Source: the human T2T-CHM13v2.0 reference genome, Homo sapiens
Assembly: GCF_009914755.1 (NCBI RefSeq)
Contig: NC_060931.1
Length of the DNA stretch: 64,000 nucleotides
Reading direction: 5' to 3' (one strand)
Under the pieces are notes generated by a model, which did no database searches, was not told where the DNA came from, and saw nothing but the letters and a program-made list of their open reading frames with translations. Within the stretch, counting starts at the first letter, position 1. Each line of letters opens with the position of its first letter. The translations under genes and the position numbers were made by a program. This document shows positions 1 to 15,642 of this stretch, piece by piece.

Positions 1-610
1 GAAGACAGATTATAGAATTTATGCAATTGGAAAAACAGAGGGAAAAAGATTGAAGAAGGTGAACAGACCCTCTTGGCCTGTGTGTTATCAAACGGTCAAC
101 ATATATGTGACTAGAGTTTCACAAGAAGAATAGAGAGATTGGAGAAGAAAAATACTTGAAAAAATGGCCATACACTTCCCAAATTTGATGAAAAACATTA
201 CATTACAGATATAAGGATTCATTAATAACCAAGTTGAAGAAATGTTAAGGGAGTCAAACCCTGGCATATTTTATGTAAACTGCTGAAAACAAACCACAGA
301 GAAAAATCCCTGAAAGGAACAAGAGAAAAAATACATTGTCATGGGAACAAGGAACGTAATTATTGGTAAGTTTTTATGAGAAACAAGGGAAGCCAAGAAG
401 ATAATGGAATGGCATTTTTTTAAATGCTGAAAGAAAAGACAAAGTGAACCCACAATTCTATATCCACAAAAATACTCTTTTAAAAAAAGTGAAAACAATC
501 AATAAAAGCATGGAAATTTTGTTGCCTGCAGACCTCCTGCATTTGGAGAAATTCTAAAGGATGCCTTTTAGTCTGAAGGGAATTGGTACAAAATGGAAAC
601 TCCAAAAGGA
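1..610 (+). mobile_element. Old LINE-1 (L1M-type) ORF1 remnant, cut by the window edge
   Basis: A-rich decayed ORF1-like sequence (ttcccaaatttgatgaaaaaca; aaactgctgaaaac; ccacaattctatatcca) with stops and frameshifts. Confidence 0.75.
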
Positions 611-890
611 ATGAGAACCCGGTATGATTCTCTTTTTGTTAGTGCCAACTGGTTTGTAGGTAGAAGTTTTGGAACTACTACAGATATTTGAGAACATGAT
701 AAAAGCTGAAATAAGAACAAAGCTGACCCATTTCTGAAAATCTTAGTGACAGAAAAATAAAACTATTTACTCTAAAAAATAAATAAAAAAGCCAAACAGA
801 CCTATATGTGATATCTTACAGAGTATTAAAAAATCAGTATTTACAATCTAATCCCTGTATTAAGTAGGGAATTATATTCTATTTTTAATG

Positions 891-1217
891 CAGGCCCATT
901 ATCTTTTATCTACAAATCTAAAAATCTTAAGTTTGTTTTCTTTTTTCTTAAATTTCTTTGGTGGCAAAATCTGTCCTGACTTGAACTAATTTGGTCATAA
1001 AACCTGACCTGCACTGACTCAGGCTATTTATGGTGGTGCTTTTTTTTACACATGGTTTGAAGATTTCTGTTTCACTGCAGAAATAGTACTGTGCATTATT
1101 ATAGGGTGTGGTCCAAGGTTCTGCAAGTCATTTTACCTAATATATATGAATACATTACCTTTTCCTATTCAAATACTTCTGAGGCACATTTGGTTTCAAA
1201 TAAGGGAATATAAACTG
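891..1217 (-). mobile_element. MER46C-like TcMar-Tigger DNA transposon fossil
   Basis: Degenerate terminal inverted repeats caggcccattatcttttat / ataagggaatataaactg-TA; internal aaaacctgacctg motif. Confidence 0.65.
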
Positions 1218-2149
1218 TAATTGCTTTTCTTCCTTTTTTTAAAAAAAATTATTTTCTAGATTATTTTTACAATGAGCATATGTATCTTAGGCAATAACAA
1301 TATAAGAGACATAGTTAAGTGAAGCTATAGACTGAAATATATGTTCCTGTTTTTACTAAAATGATGGAGTATACATCCTCAAAAGCAGATCTACAAAGAT
1401 TACTTTACTAAATCAGGATACCACTATGACGTCTGCCCAAGAGCAGTTATGTTAGAAGGAATACAACTAATTTGCATTGTTCCCTCACATGCTGAACACC
1501 GTATATGTACAAGACCGTGCTCTACAAAGGTTCTCTTTTTGCAGTTATTAATAGCCCTCAGGAGTAGATAACAATTGCTCATTAACAGACCAGTTAATGG
1601 CAGTCCCTACAATACTGCCAAGTAAATTACAAAAAAAAAAAAAAGAAAGAAAATAAAATATACCACCTTCTCCAGAATCTGCAATAATGTCCTCTATTTC
1701 CATTTTATTCATTCTCGTTTTGCACTTGCAAACAGTATAAACTAGAGTAAAACCTGCCAACTATAATCCTTTCTGTTTCTTTATAAAATCTGAATATAGT
1801 ATTTGCCCTACACACCTGACAAGGTTGTTCAAGATCAAAGAAAAGAGCCTACGTGAACCTTTCTTGTAAATTCTACAGATTATAACTAATTTTACTCCCC
1901 GTAGTCTGAAACTGCCTTTCCTTATTTGTCTCTTCACCTGTTACATAAATTATTTATATACTTTTGTTATACACACCAGTGCTTTACTTTTATCTACAAA
2001 TTCCAAATGAAAGAAATGCCACCAACATATTACCAACGGATTCATCTATGATGTTACTGAAGTTTTAAAAATATATTTTCTTGTTTTTGCTTTCAGCTTT
2101 TCCTAATATAGTGGGTACTCAAATGTAGGTGATGCTGGAAAATAATTGC

Positions 2150-2300
2150 ATGCATATTGTTCATTACCATTTGTATTGCTTACAAGTATCTGAGCTCTGT
2201 GAAAGGAGATGCTTTTTTTGGTTTTGTTCACTGCTTATTTCTAGTGAACAGAACAGTATTGGACACGTGACAAACATTCCAAATACTTATTAAATGCATA
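2150..2300 (+). mobile_element. L2 3' end fragment
   Basis: tgagctctgtgaaagg...ttttgttcactgct...agaacagtattggacac resembles the L2 terminus. Confidence 0.6.
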
Positions 2301-2384
2301 GCTATATACTAATATATATGATATATATCATAGATATGTGTGATTGATTTCAATAACAGATATTATATAGGTACATGTGTGTAT

Positions 2385-2585
2385 GTCTCTATTGAATGCT
2401 TACTAATCGCTAGGTTGTACACTCAGGCTTATACATATTTTATCTCATTTGGTCTTTAAAGTAAATCTATAAAGTCTACTTTAAAATTCTCCTATAAGAA
2501 AACTGGGCTTAGAGATGTTATATAATTTCCTCAATGTAATATAACTGATAAGTGATAGAGGGCAGGATTTAAACTTGAATGCTAA
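2385..2585 (-). mobile_element. MIR SINE
   Basis: Core motif aagaaaactgggcttagagatgtta...ggatttaaac. Confidence 0.65.
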
Positions 2586-2947
<362 letters not shown>

Positions 2948-4179
2948 TTGTATTTGGTTTTATACAAGGTTTTGGTGAAGTCACAACCAAAATTAGAAAT
3001 GGTGACTATGGGAATATCTCTTGATCTACATACCACACTGCCATATGTTGATATAGAATTTTACAGGTGCACACACATGCTTGCATCCATCATGGCTGTA
3101 GAAAGTTTCAGAGTTAAACCTTTAGGCAGGTTAATTGAAAAATAGATTTCTGGGACAAAGCTGAAAGAGACATCTTAAGGCCAGTGGTTTTACTAAACTA
3201 GAAATTGTATAATGAGTGACTAAGTTATGTTTTGATTTAATTGAAGCATACCAAAAAATCAGAAAACAACAAAATGTTCCCTTTTAAGATGTGACTTCAT
3301 ACTTTATTTATTCAACTAAGGTGTCTGTCCTCATAAAAATATCTGCTATATCTAATGTGTCAAAAAGTGTTTAATAAGTTTGTATATTCTGGTTCTAGAA
3401 GCAAATTTTCTCTGTGAGGGTTAAAAAAACCCCCATAATATGGTATTGGCTCAAGTGATAATCCATCAAAAAATGAATTATTACCATTATTTCCTGTGAT
3501 ATAGCTAAAGAATATTCACATAGGGCCTCAGCAATCACTAAAATTAATGTTTTAGGACTTTGTGAATTACTAAAAATTACATATCACATTTTAGTATTCC
3601 TGTTTCTTTACATTAAGAATTGTTTCTATTTATATTTTAATTTCAGATAAACTGACACACCTTCAATAATGCAGGTTTATTATGTAAGTTTTTACTGATC
3701 CTACAAAGGATACAACAACTACATGTCCAAAGATGTAAATTCGGGGCTAATCTTCTCTATTTAATCCTTTACTGTTTGGGGAGAAGAATTACTCATCTGG
3801 GATTCATGAATTGTATGGTCACTCAACCTGTTTTCTTGCACCATTTTTTATCATAAGATAGGTTCTTCTGTGTTAGTTTTCAAAGTTTAAACCACATACA
3901 TAAACTGGCCTTGAATATCTATCTACATTTCTAGGTGCCTGGGTAAGGAAAACATCTTTCCTCTCAGAATGTGGTCATCAAACAACCCATTTACTTGCAT
4001 TGTTAACCTCTTCCTACTTCTTTCTGTTCATGTCTCAGGTCTTTCCATCTGGAATGGTTATTCTCCTGGCAAATGTTACTAGCATGTAAGAAGATAGGAT
4101 GAGGAAAATAACCTACTACCAGGGCACTCAGCTATAACAGTGCCACATCTGATGATCTTGACCACCGCATCTTCCTTCC

Positions 4180-5000
4180 TTTTAGTGTTTGTTCTCAAGG
4201 CCACCACAATATCACATTCTTTTATTCTCCTGTTACTTGTATGATCACTCTCCATTTTCTTGGTAAATATTCTTTATTTTCCCACCCCTTAAATGAGCTC
4301 CAAGAGTTAAATTCCTTATCTGCATGGTCTCCTAGAGTGACTTCAAGCATTTTCATGGATTCAGCTATCACCCACATTGCTAATGACTCCCAGATCTCCA
4401 GCTCCAGCACAGTGCTCTCTATAACACCCTCTTTGACTTATCTGTCTGAATAGTCCACCAAATCTTCAACTTGATGTGAGATGGAACTGAGCTTGAATTT
4501 AATTATTGTTCCTACTAGCTTTGCCATCCTAAGCAAGCATTTAATGTCTCAAAGCCTCAGTTTACACAACTGTAAAATGGGGATAATGATTTTCATTGGG
4601 TTGCTGTGTGGTTTTAATGAAATAATGTATTTTAAGTGATCAATTTAGACTCTCATGCATAGTAGGTCAAAAGAGGAGATAAGTGTGCCATTTATTTTAA
4701 AAAAAAGGAATTCATTACTCTCCAAATCTGATTGCTGATTCTCTCTTACCTTGATCAGTCAATGCTATTTCTTTCCCCCATTTGCCAAGTCATATATCTA
4801 CCAATCAAGCCACAAATCAATTTTTATCATCAGGTCCTTTCTTTCTCCCAAATACCTTTTAGATCGGATAATGTCATTTCTAACCCCTGTCTTAATTTAT
4901 AGGCTCTCATCATTTCTTACCTATAACAGAAAAAAAGTCTCATTTTCTTTTCTCTGTCTTTAATGTATCCTCTACATCATCGTGAAAATGATCTACCTAA
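4180..5000 (+). mobile_element. L2 fragments interrupted by a MIR (~4490-4670)
   Basis: L2-like tgactcccagatctccagctccagc; MIR core gcctcagtttacacaactgtaaaatggggataat. Confidence 0.6.
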
Positions 5001-5007
5001 AAATGTG

Positions 5008-5527
5008 TATGGGTCATGGCTGACACACTCTTAGGTGACCCTTAATGAGTCATGCTCTTGTATAACTCCTCCTCTTGAGTGCAGGTGGAACATGTGGCTT
5101 GCTTTTAAGCAACAGAAAAATATAAAAGTGATGGTATGTCAATACCAAGATTATGATTATATGAGACCCCATCTCAGCAGATTGAAGTGAGAGACTCTAC
5201 TAGCCTTGAAGAAGCAAACAACCACATTTTAAAGAGCCAATGAGGAGATCTATGTGCAAAAACCTGTGGGTGGCCTCAAGGAGTTAAGGACCTTACTTCT
5301 GCAAAAGCAAGGAACTGAATTTTGCCAAAAACCAGGTGGGTTTGGATGAGGACCTTGAACTTTAAAAAACAATGCAGCCTGGCTAAATTTTGATTACAAC
5401 CTTGTGATACCCTGATCAGAGAGGCTAGCTAAGCAATCATCCTTAGGAGCTCTAAGATAATAAATGTATGTAGTCTTAAGCCACAAATTTTGTGGTAACT
5501 TGTTATACAGCAATAGAAAACTATCTC
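5008..5527 (+). mobile_element. MaLR solo LTR (MLT1 family)
   Basis: gccttgaagaagcaaac and terminal ttaagccac..ttttgtggtaacttgttatacagcaatagaaaact typical of MLT1. Confidence 0.8.
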
Positions 5528-5888
5528 AAATATGTATCAGGCAGCCACTCCCATGTGAAATAAATATTCATTGAATTGGATTAAATTGTCTCCTCCATTG
5601 GGTCAAGAGATTCTTAAAGGAAAGTGATGTTGCCATTTTTCTTTATATATCATAAGTCCTGGAGTGCAATAAGCTCAATAAATTCTAATGACTGAATAAA
5701 TGACATCTTTGTGATATATTACTATGTTATTCTATACTGGTTGAGAAAGAGCTCTAGAACATAACATGTTATCTTTTTGCATAAATCACTAAGGACATTT
5801 CCAGAGTTTTAAACATCAGGATTGATTAATCTTTGTTTTAAAAAATTATTAAAAGAAGCATAGATTAAGCCATAACTCAAAAGCTAGT

Positions 5889-6692
<804 letters not shown>

Positions 6693-8044
6693 TTAGTGGA
6701 AGAGAAGAATAAGAATGCAACTCATTGCAACACATACGACTCTAATACCACAGACTTCCTCAGAAACTCTGTTTTCAGATCTTTTCATTCCAACTTAAAC
6801 TATATTTCGCATTCTATAATGAAACATTTCCTTCTATTTTCTAGAATTTGAACTTTCCCAAGTTCAATAAAAAATTTTAAAAGCCAGCTTTCTGCAAAAA
6901 CCGCCACCACAACTGGCAGCTATAGCCTTCCTATGGATATTCACATAGGGAAGGCCTGGCCTGGCTCAGCAGCAGGCTGTGAATTCTTCTCCTTGGGACA
7001 AAGCCTGCCAAGTCTGCCTCAGGGAAACTTGGCAGCACATCAAGAACAAAAACTTAGTGTGGCTGTTTATTCTTGACACACAGACAATAGACTGCATCAT
7101 TTAATGTCTTCAGGCTAGAAAATTTTCCTTACATTCCTATCACCAGAGGGTTAAATAGGGGCAACACTCAGGGATGTGGTCTGACTGTAATTGTTTTCAA
7201 GTCATCTAGAGAAACATCAGGGATTCAGTAGTAAATGAGCCAGTGGTGCAAAGTGAATCACTGCCCTCTGTCCTCCTGCTGAGAGCCACTAGGTCCTTGC
7301 ATGATATTCCAAACTCTCCAAATATATGCAGAATCCATTTTAATTAAGAAAAAAAAATGCCAAAGAGTTTGATGGGTGTTTTGGTGAGCATGCAAGACAT
7401 TTTGAATATAGATATGAGTCCCAATTTAAAACAAATTTTAAATGGGCAAAAATTTAGTGATACATCAAAAATGAAGGTAAAGTTCTACTCCCTTTCCACA
7501 TCTTCCCCTCTCACCCCCAATTTTTATCTCCTTTCTTCCTAGGCATAATGTAACTGACATAAACATATCAAATTCACAGGTTAAATTCGAGCACATAAGT
7601 TAATTCACACACAAAAATTCAGTCGGTTCCAAGGTGCAGTTCGTCCAAGTCTTCTCTGTCACCTTGTTCAAGATTAATCTTGTTCACATGTAAGACTTGG
7701 TAGTAACATATGGATGGGTTAAAATGAGTGCTATCACTCAAACAAAGCAATGCCAATGCTAACGCTGACTGTCAACACATCAGGGATATTATCATGATAT
7801 ATGTGGATGAAACATTTAATTCATAGTAAAATGAGAAAATATAAATGAAATGAACTTCATTTAAGGAAAAAATGTAAAGTAGTTATGGTAAATGAGGTAA
7901 AAATGTGAAGAGAATAAATGCTCAATATATGAAATCAGACAGCATGGGTTTATATTCTGGTTGTATTATATATTAACTGCTATCTCTATGATATTAACTT
8001 ATCTGTGATTCTGCCCAAAAACAATGACAAATAATAAATGCAAC

Positions 8045-8170
8045 TCATTCATTCAAATAATACCTCTTGAGTGCACACTCTGAGTGATGCACTAGTCTAG
8101 GTACTAAGGATACAGCAATAAATCAATCAAACCCATATCCCTGCCCTCCATGGCACCTACATTGTTACAA
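8045..8170 (-). mobile_element. L2 3' end fragment
   Basis: tcattcattcaa...ctaggtactaaggatacagcaataaa...tccctgccctc. Confidence 0.65.
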
Positions 8171-9953
8171 TTCTTCATATGATATTTATAAGGGTTGGAT
8201 GAAATAATTTATTTAGCATTACTGGAAAAAGATAAGCACTGCAGATAAATTTAATTAGCATCATTATAATAGTAATAAAATATTTTAGAAATCTGTAAAT
8301 ATATATTTATTTGCCTAAGCCAGAATACTAAATAGTAAATGGGTAATTTGAGCAGACTAGAACCAATTATCATATATATTAACATATATATGACACATTA
8401 TATGTCTATATCTTTATACAATCATTACATGAGATTTTACGTTGTCCTTAAAATAACAGGTCTCTGAAGAGTAGCTTAAAGAAAAATAATGCTGCTTTTT
8501 GAAACAAATTTTTTCAGCAATGAGCTGTATTTTTATTTTTAATAAGTTCTCTTTTTAGAGTAAAATGTAAATGACAACATTTGCCTCTAGATTAGCATTC
8601 ACTCAGGGCTATGTTCTTTTCTTTCCCTGTCTCTTCACATACCTCTCTTTGCTACTCTTCTACATGATCAAGTAGTCATGACACCGTGACTTATCATCTA
8701 TCTCCCATCAATTCAGCCATCGTTCCACTCTGTTCCATTAGTATTTCCTGCTGTGAAAATCCCTGTAGAATCTATGGTAAACTCTCAGAAGTTTCCACAT
8801 TCTGCTTTGGAAAGCAGTGACCCACGATGTTATTAAAAATCAGTAACTTACAAAGGGTTTTTTCCTTACGCCAAAGCAAAGGAGACGTCTAGACATCCTC
8901 AGAGTGACATTCACACACAACTTCTAGCTGACAGTCATCGTTTCTGAACTCACATGCACTGCTCCAGCTATCAAATTTTACATGGGGTATTTTAAGGAGT
9001 TCTTTAAAAATCAAAATTCCTGGCTCTGCAGTTCATTAAGTGTGCCATTCCAAGAGATGCAACTGCCAGAACTGGTTAGTTACTATGAAGGCAGTTATCC
9101 TCTAATGCTACAAGGCAAGCATTTTAAAGCTTTATTCACATATGTGACACACACTTCAAAACTCCACACTTTCAGAGGACTTCCTGGAACCAATGTTCCA
9201 ACTTAGTACTCCTCCAGTTAAACGGAAGCTAATAAGAAGCATGAAACAGTATACACTATATAAGAATGTTAGCAGAACACATGTATTGACCCTACACTAA
9301 AAAATCATAATAGCATTAAATCATCTTAAACCTCTAACACCCATTCATAAGAATACTCTCACTCTTTCATCAAAAACCACGTCATTCTGATTCATGTATA
9401 ATGCTAAAAATATAAATTTTACAGAATGTCTCTGAACCTGACCTAGACACTTAAATATTTTCATAACTCCAGAAGCAAAAGGAAAACTGGCAAAAATCTC
9501 TTGACTGTGTTACACAGTCTGCTTTGAACAAACAGCCTGGATGTAAGCAGTAGGTGGCAAAGTTAAAATAGAAATGTTAATCCTATGAGAACCCTTGCCT
9601 GCTGTTTTATAGCCCTTCCTCAAGATTAAAAAAAAAAAAGAGAGATAAAGAACATAAAAACACCTAGAGCCCTAATGCTACAGAATAAAACCAAGTGCTG
9701 ATTTTAAAATACATTTTTTCAACCTGTGATTTTTTTTTTATAGACAGTAGTATCAGGAATGGGTGGGAAAATAAATAAATGTAGTTTCCAGCTTAAATTT
9801 TAACAAAGTAGCAGCATTTTTTTTTACTCAAGATAAAAGAAGAAATATTAATTTTGGGCAACATAATGAATTACTGTATTATATCTACATATTAGAAAAT
9901 AGCTTCTTGAAGAAGTATTAATTTTTTAAAAAATTTACAATTATCAACCAAAA

Positions 9954-10294
9954 CAGTGACAAGCAAACTTTTTCTGTAAAAGGCCAAAATATATATATTT
10001 CTGGCTTGGCTGGCTAAAAGGTCTCTGTGGCAACTAATCAACTCTGCTTCTGTAGTACAAAGGCAGCCACAGATGAAATGTAAATGAATGGGTGTGGCTA
10101 TATTTTAATAAAACTTTCTCTATGGACACTGAAATCTAAAAATCATATAATCTTCACTGCTCATGAGATATTCTGCTTTTTACTTTTTCAACCACTTAAA
10201 AATACAAAACAACATTATTAGTGTATGTACCATACAGAACATATGGTGGGCTAGATTTGGGCCATAGGTTATATTATTAGTTTGCCAACCCATA
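9954..10294 (+). mobile_element. MER58B hAT-Charlie fossil
   Basis: gcaaactttttctgtaaaaggcca...gggtgtggct..aataaaacttt...agtttgccaaccc. Confidence 0.85.
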
Positions 10295-10996
10295 GACTAG
10301 ATACCAGTAATGAAAACCATAAGAAATAAAAGGTCAGAGGACAACGCTCACTTTTCCTTCCTTACTTCCTCTTTCCCTTCCTCCCTCCATTTTTTCCTTT
10401 TCTTTTTAAATTAATTAATAATTAATTTTGCTTGATATCTGGTAACACAAAAAATAATCTGATGCAGTTTGATGGGAGTAGAAGGTCAGTATCTCAAATT
10501 CAGCCAGAGTTGTACACGATAATGGTATTGGGCTAACTGTAACAGTTACCAGGCACGGAGCCCACACAACTACCATGGAGATTCTGTAAGCTACAAAATC
10601 ATTCATAATATTCAAAGTGAATATCATTACATGAAATCCTATTTGCATTCCAATGAACTGTCACATAAGTTTCCCCTATGGCATCTTCTTTGACAAATAA
10701 TATCTTCATTGAGTTCCCCTGAATTTTCCATGATGATACAGAAGAAAAGCCAAAAGAGAAACTTGCTTCACTGTGCCAATAACTGGAGCATCATCATTCA
10801 TTTATAACAGCTGAAGGGCTGTCTGACACTAGGGGACCTGGAAACACCCAAGAAATGTTTTCTCCTTCCCAAGACAGTTAGATATATAATGCTAGGAAAT
10901 CCTGGGACAATGACCTGTGATTCTCCCCTAAAAAAGCTATTTTGTCCCTTTTAGTAACAAACAGGAAGAGAGAACTCTCTTTGGGAGAAATTTCAC

Positions 10997-11263
10997 CAGA
11001 GTTTCACTCTTGTTGCCCAGGCTGGAGTGCAATGGCGCAATCTTCACTCACCACAACCTCCACCTCTCGGGTTCAAGCCTCAGCCTCCCGAGTAGCTGGG
11101 ATTACAGGCATGCGCCACCATGCCGGGATAATTTTGTATTTTTAGTAGAGATGGGGTTTCTCCATGCTGGTCAGGCTGGTCTCAAACTCCCGACCTCAGG
11201 TGATCTGCTGGCCTTGGCCTCCCAAAGTGCTGGGATTACAGGCGTGAGCCACTGTGCCTGGCC
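10997..11263 (-). mobile_element. AluSp/Sq-like element lacking its A-tail, with an 11-nt internal deletion
   Basis: gagtttcactcttgttgccc diagnostic; gttcaagc^ctcagcc junction; no poly(T) at left end. Confidence 0.93.
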
Positions 11264-12079
11264 ACAGTAAATATTTTATACCAATATACTGGTTGTTAGA
11301 GACTCAGGTAAATTGAAATCATTGTTTAAAAATTATAATGCAGCCGGTTATGACAATAAGGTCCAGTGGCTAAGCGCGCTACCATCTCTTCAGTAAGATG
11401 CTGTTGGCAGGGGCAGTGTCACAGCACACACTTTCCTATTAGGATGGGATCCTCAAGAGACTCCTGTGGCTTTGTAAGCAATCATCAGTGCAGCTTCCAC
11501 TACAATTAAAAACATATGCCTAAATATTGTTTTTGAAAATGACACAAGTGTTTAAATACCAAAATAAAAATTCTATGAAATGGTGCCAGAAACTTATGTG
11601 GTAAGAAAAGCCAAAGAATTTGTGCAAAAGTATGCTTCTTACTGTCTTCTATGAATAAATACTGCTGAACAGTTCATAATGGCTTAAAATTCCACCCATG
11701 AACTCTACATCTTTTATGGAGAAAATACACATATTTCATGTAGATTTTCATGAAAAAAAAAAAAACCAACCAACTTGGCTGTGGCATCAAAGTCCACCTT
11801 TAAGACAGGCTTCACAAGAAAAAAAAGAGAAAACAGTCATCTTTTCTGGGTAATATGAGACACTGTGGAGAGGTAATATTCCAAATTAACACGTAGCCTC
11901 AGGAAAAAGAAAACTGTTTTTCTAACACAAACTCTAAGTTGAATGATCTGAGCTAAGGCTAAAAGCAAATCTTTGTAGTCACTTACATGAAGGCTGTATC
12001 TGTAGAGAACAAACTTTATATGCAAATGAAGATTAGCTTTTACAGTCACATTTATGAATTCATATTACACGAGTAACAA

Positions 12080-13200
<1,121 letters not shown>

Positions 13201-13755
13201 AAGGATTATTCCTCAGATGTCAGGCAGGCAAAGAGAGGAATAGTGAAAACTCAGATATGTCCAACCCGTGGGAAAGGATGCCAACCTAGGATGCCAAAAA
13301 GGATAACAAATGTAGTAGCACATTTTAGAAGATTCTCAGTCTCAGACCATAAAGCTGAAATTATATGAAAATGAAACATTCAGATATGGGGTTTTCAAGA
13401 ATAAAAAAAGGATAAAATAAAAACCTTATCTTAGCACACTTTGGAAATTTTATTTAGCCAAGAAAAAGTACCCACATCTTAAACTGATTGAAGTACGAGT
13501 GCAATTTATCCCTTGATCCAGAACACATATTCCACCACTGCCATATTTTATAATGACTTTTACAGACGTGTTGTCTCTTTCCTAATAAACTACCTAATTT
13601 CATAAAGTATTTCTAAGATTACAACAAGACGTTATTGTAAAGAGTGTTATTGTAAGTGAAGAGATTTCATCAGTTCCTATAAGGTAGTTAGGGATGTTTG
13701 AAAATACATTTTAAATTACTGCCCGACCGACAAGCCAGGGTGTGAAAGACGTGAG

Positions 13756-13928
13756 TAGTGGTTCCTAACTTTAGCGTGCATCAGAATTACTTAGAGGGCT
13801 TGCGAAAACACAGATGAGTGGGTTTCATCCCTAGAATTTTGGAAGAAGCACCTCAGAATTTGTATTTCCAACAAGTTCTCAGTGATACTGATATTACTGG
13901 TCCAGGGACCACACTTTGAGAACCACTG
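13756..13928. mobile_element. MER5A hAT-Charlie MITE
   Basis: agtggttcctaactttagcgtgcatcagaat...ggtccagggaccacactttgagaaccactg with inverted termini. Confidence 0.88.
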
Positions 13929-14661
13929 CTCTATAACATACAATGCTAGTTATTCCCTATCATGTGGGTCTATAAACAAGCACATTTTCATTCAACTTCT
14001 ATCAGAGTAAACTGATAGAATTTGTAGATGTATTAAAAGAGTGCCATCAATATTTTCAAAAAACCTGTCTATATTTGAGTCACATTCACTTCCAAATGTT
14101 ATATTGAGTATGTTATCTGTCATTATCATTATCCTTAGAAAATGGCTTCATGTATTGATTAAGAAGTCACAGAGTCTGTTTCAGTTGAAAGGAACACTTA
14201 CCTCCATGGCTTATTAAATAAGGGCTAAACCAGCTTCGGTTATGTCTAGATGCAACTCTAGTACTTAATCATTGCTTTTTTCTTTTTCCATTGAGACAAG
14301 AAGAAGTTTTTCACAAAGCTGGTTCATTTCCAGTTTGGATGGAAAGTGCAGCAGAGAAATCATACAAATATCTTGTAATGACAAATTGCCAAGAAAATCA
14401 TATAGCCCTACCTACATATATATATTATATAATGTATATATCTCTATATATATTCCTCACAAGAACTCTATAATTTACTTTATTAGCTTCATTTTACAGA
14501 TGTGAAACTGAGGCAAAAAGAGATTAAATATCTCACTAAGGGCTAGACAGACGTAATTATTGGAGTTTTTCTAGTTTCAAGATCATGGCCCTTACCTACT
14601 ACCTATATTTAGTACATTCTTTTACTACACATTAAAGCATATCTTGGGCTCAAATATTTAC

Positions 14662-14884
14662 CTGTTCCGAGAAACAGGACATGGTATCTCCCATCAGCAG
14701 CGTTCACTCGATCCACAGCTATCTTTGTATACTTGTAGTCAGTGCCAATACGAACAATCAAAGGCCTTTTGTGGATTGGGTAGATGGAATTGTACATGAG
14801 AGGATGGTTCCGAATAAAAGTGACAACATCATCTGGGAACTCCTTGGTGGTTCGCATATTGGGTGTAAATGCTCCTCCTGGACA
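14662..14884 (-). CDS. SEMA3C: SEMA3C exon 12 (223 nt, CPGGAFTPNMRTTKEFPDD...HVLFLGT)
   Basis: Overlaps ORF 14609..14857; acceptor ctttctag|TGT, donor CAG|gtaaat; I found no exon 13 (DRGTVQKVV...) in 1..14661. Confidence 0.98.
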
Positions 14885-15357
14885 CTAGAAAGAAAGTTTT
14901 AAAGAACCAAGTTAATAAAATAGTTGTCTTGTTCTAGTAATAATCAAAAACTCTCTACTTTTGAAATCACTTAGAAGCTCCAGTTGTTTTAAGTATATCT
15001 GCTACCTATGGAAGTGAAAAGAAATAACATGATTATGTTTTACTATCTGTAGATGATTAGTACAGTGTGTATTAATTTTGAATCAGGCTAAGTCATTGTA
15101 TGTTATTCTGTTTTCAGAGAAGAGCTGATGCCATCTTGTATATGAGATAACTCTTCACCCTTCTCACTCACCACTTTTCTATTTATTTTGTCCCAGACAC
15201 CATTTTGTTCAGAAAACAAAAACTAGTGGACACAATCTAATGCTGCCACTTGTTAAAATAAATTATATTATTATCATTAAATTCAGTCAAACTCTGACAT
15301 GTAAAAGTTTTATTTCATCTGATCTGCCCTCCCAAAAGAGAGCTCAGAAATTGGAGC

Positions 15358-15642
15358 TTAGGGGCTTAGGTGGCTCAGGCCTGTAATCCTAGCACTTTGG
15401 GAGGCTGAGATGAGAGGATGTTGAAGCCAGGGGTTCAAGACCAGCCTGGGCAACATAGCAAAATTTCATCTCTGGGAAAAAAGTTAAAAATTAGCTAGGT
15501 GTGGCTGTGCATGCCTGCGATCCCAACTCCTTGGGAAACTGAGGCAGGAGGATCTCTTGAGCCCAGGAATCTGAGGCTGCTGTGAACTGTGATGAAACCA
15601 CTGCACTCTAGCCTGGGCAACAGAGTGAAATCCCACCTCTAT
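15358..15642 (+). mobile_element. Diverged AluJ
   Basis: Both arms; cttgagcccagga...gaggctgc (J-type). Confidence 0.92.

Noticed and set aside
14681-14902. 73-aa + strand ORF antisense to exon 12
   Set aside because: Shadow ORF of the real coding exon
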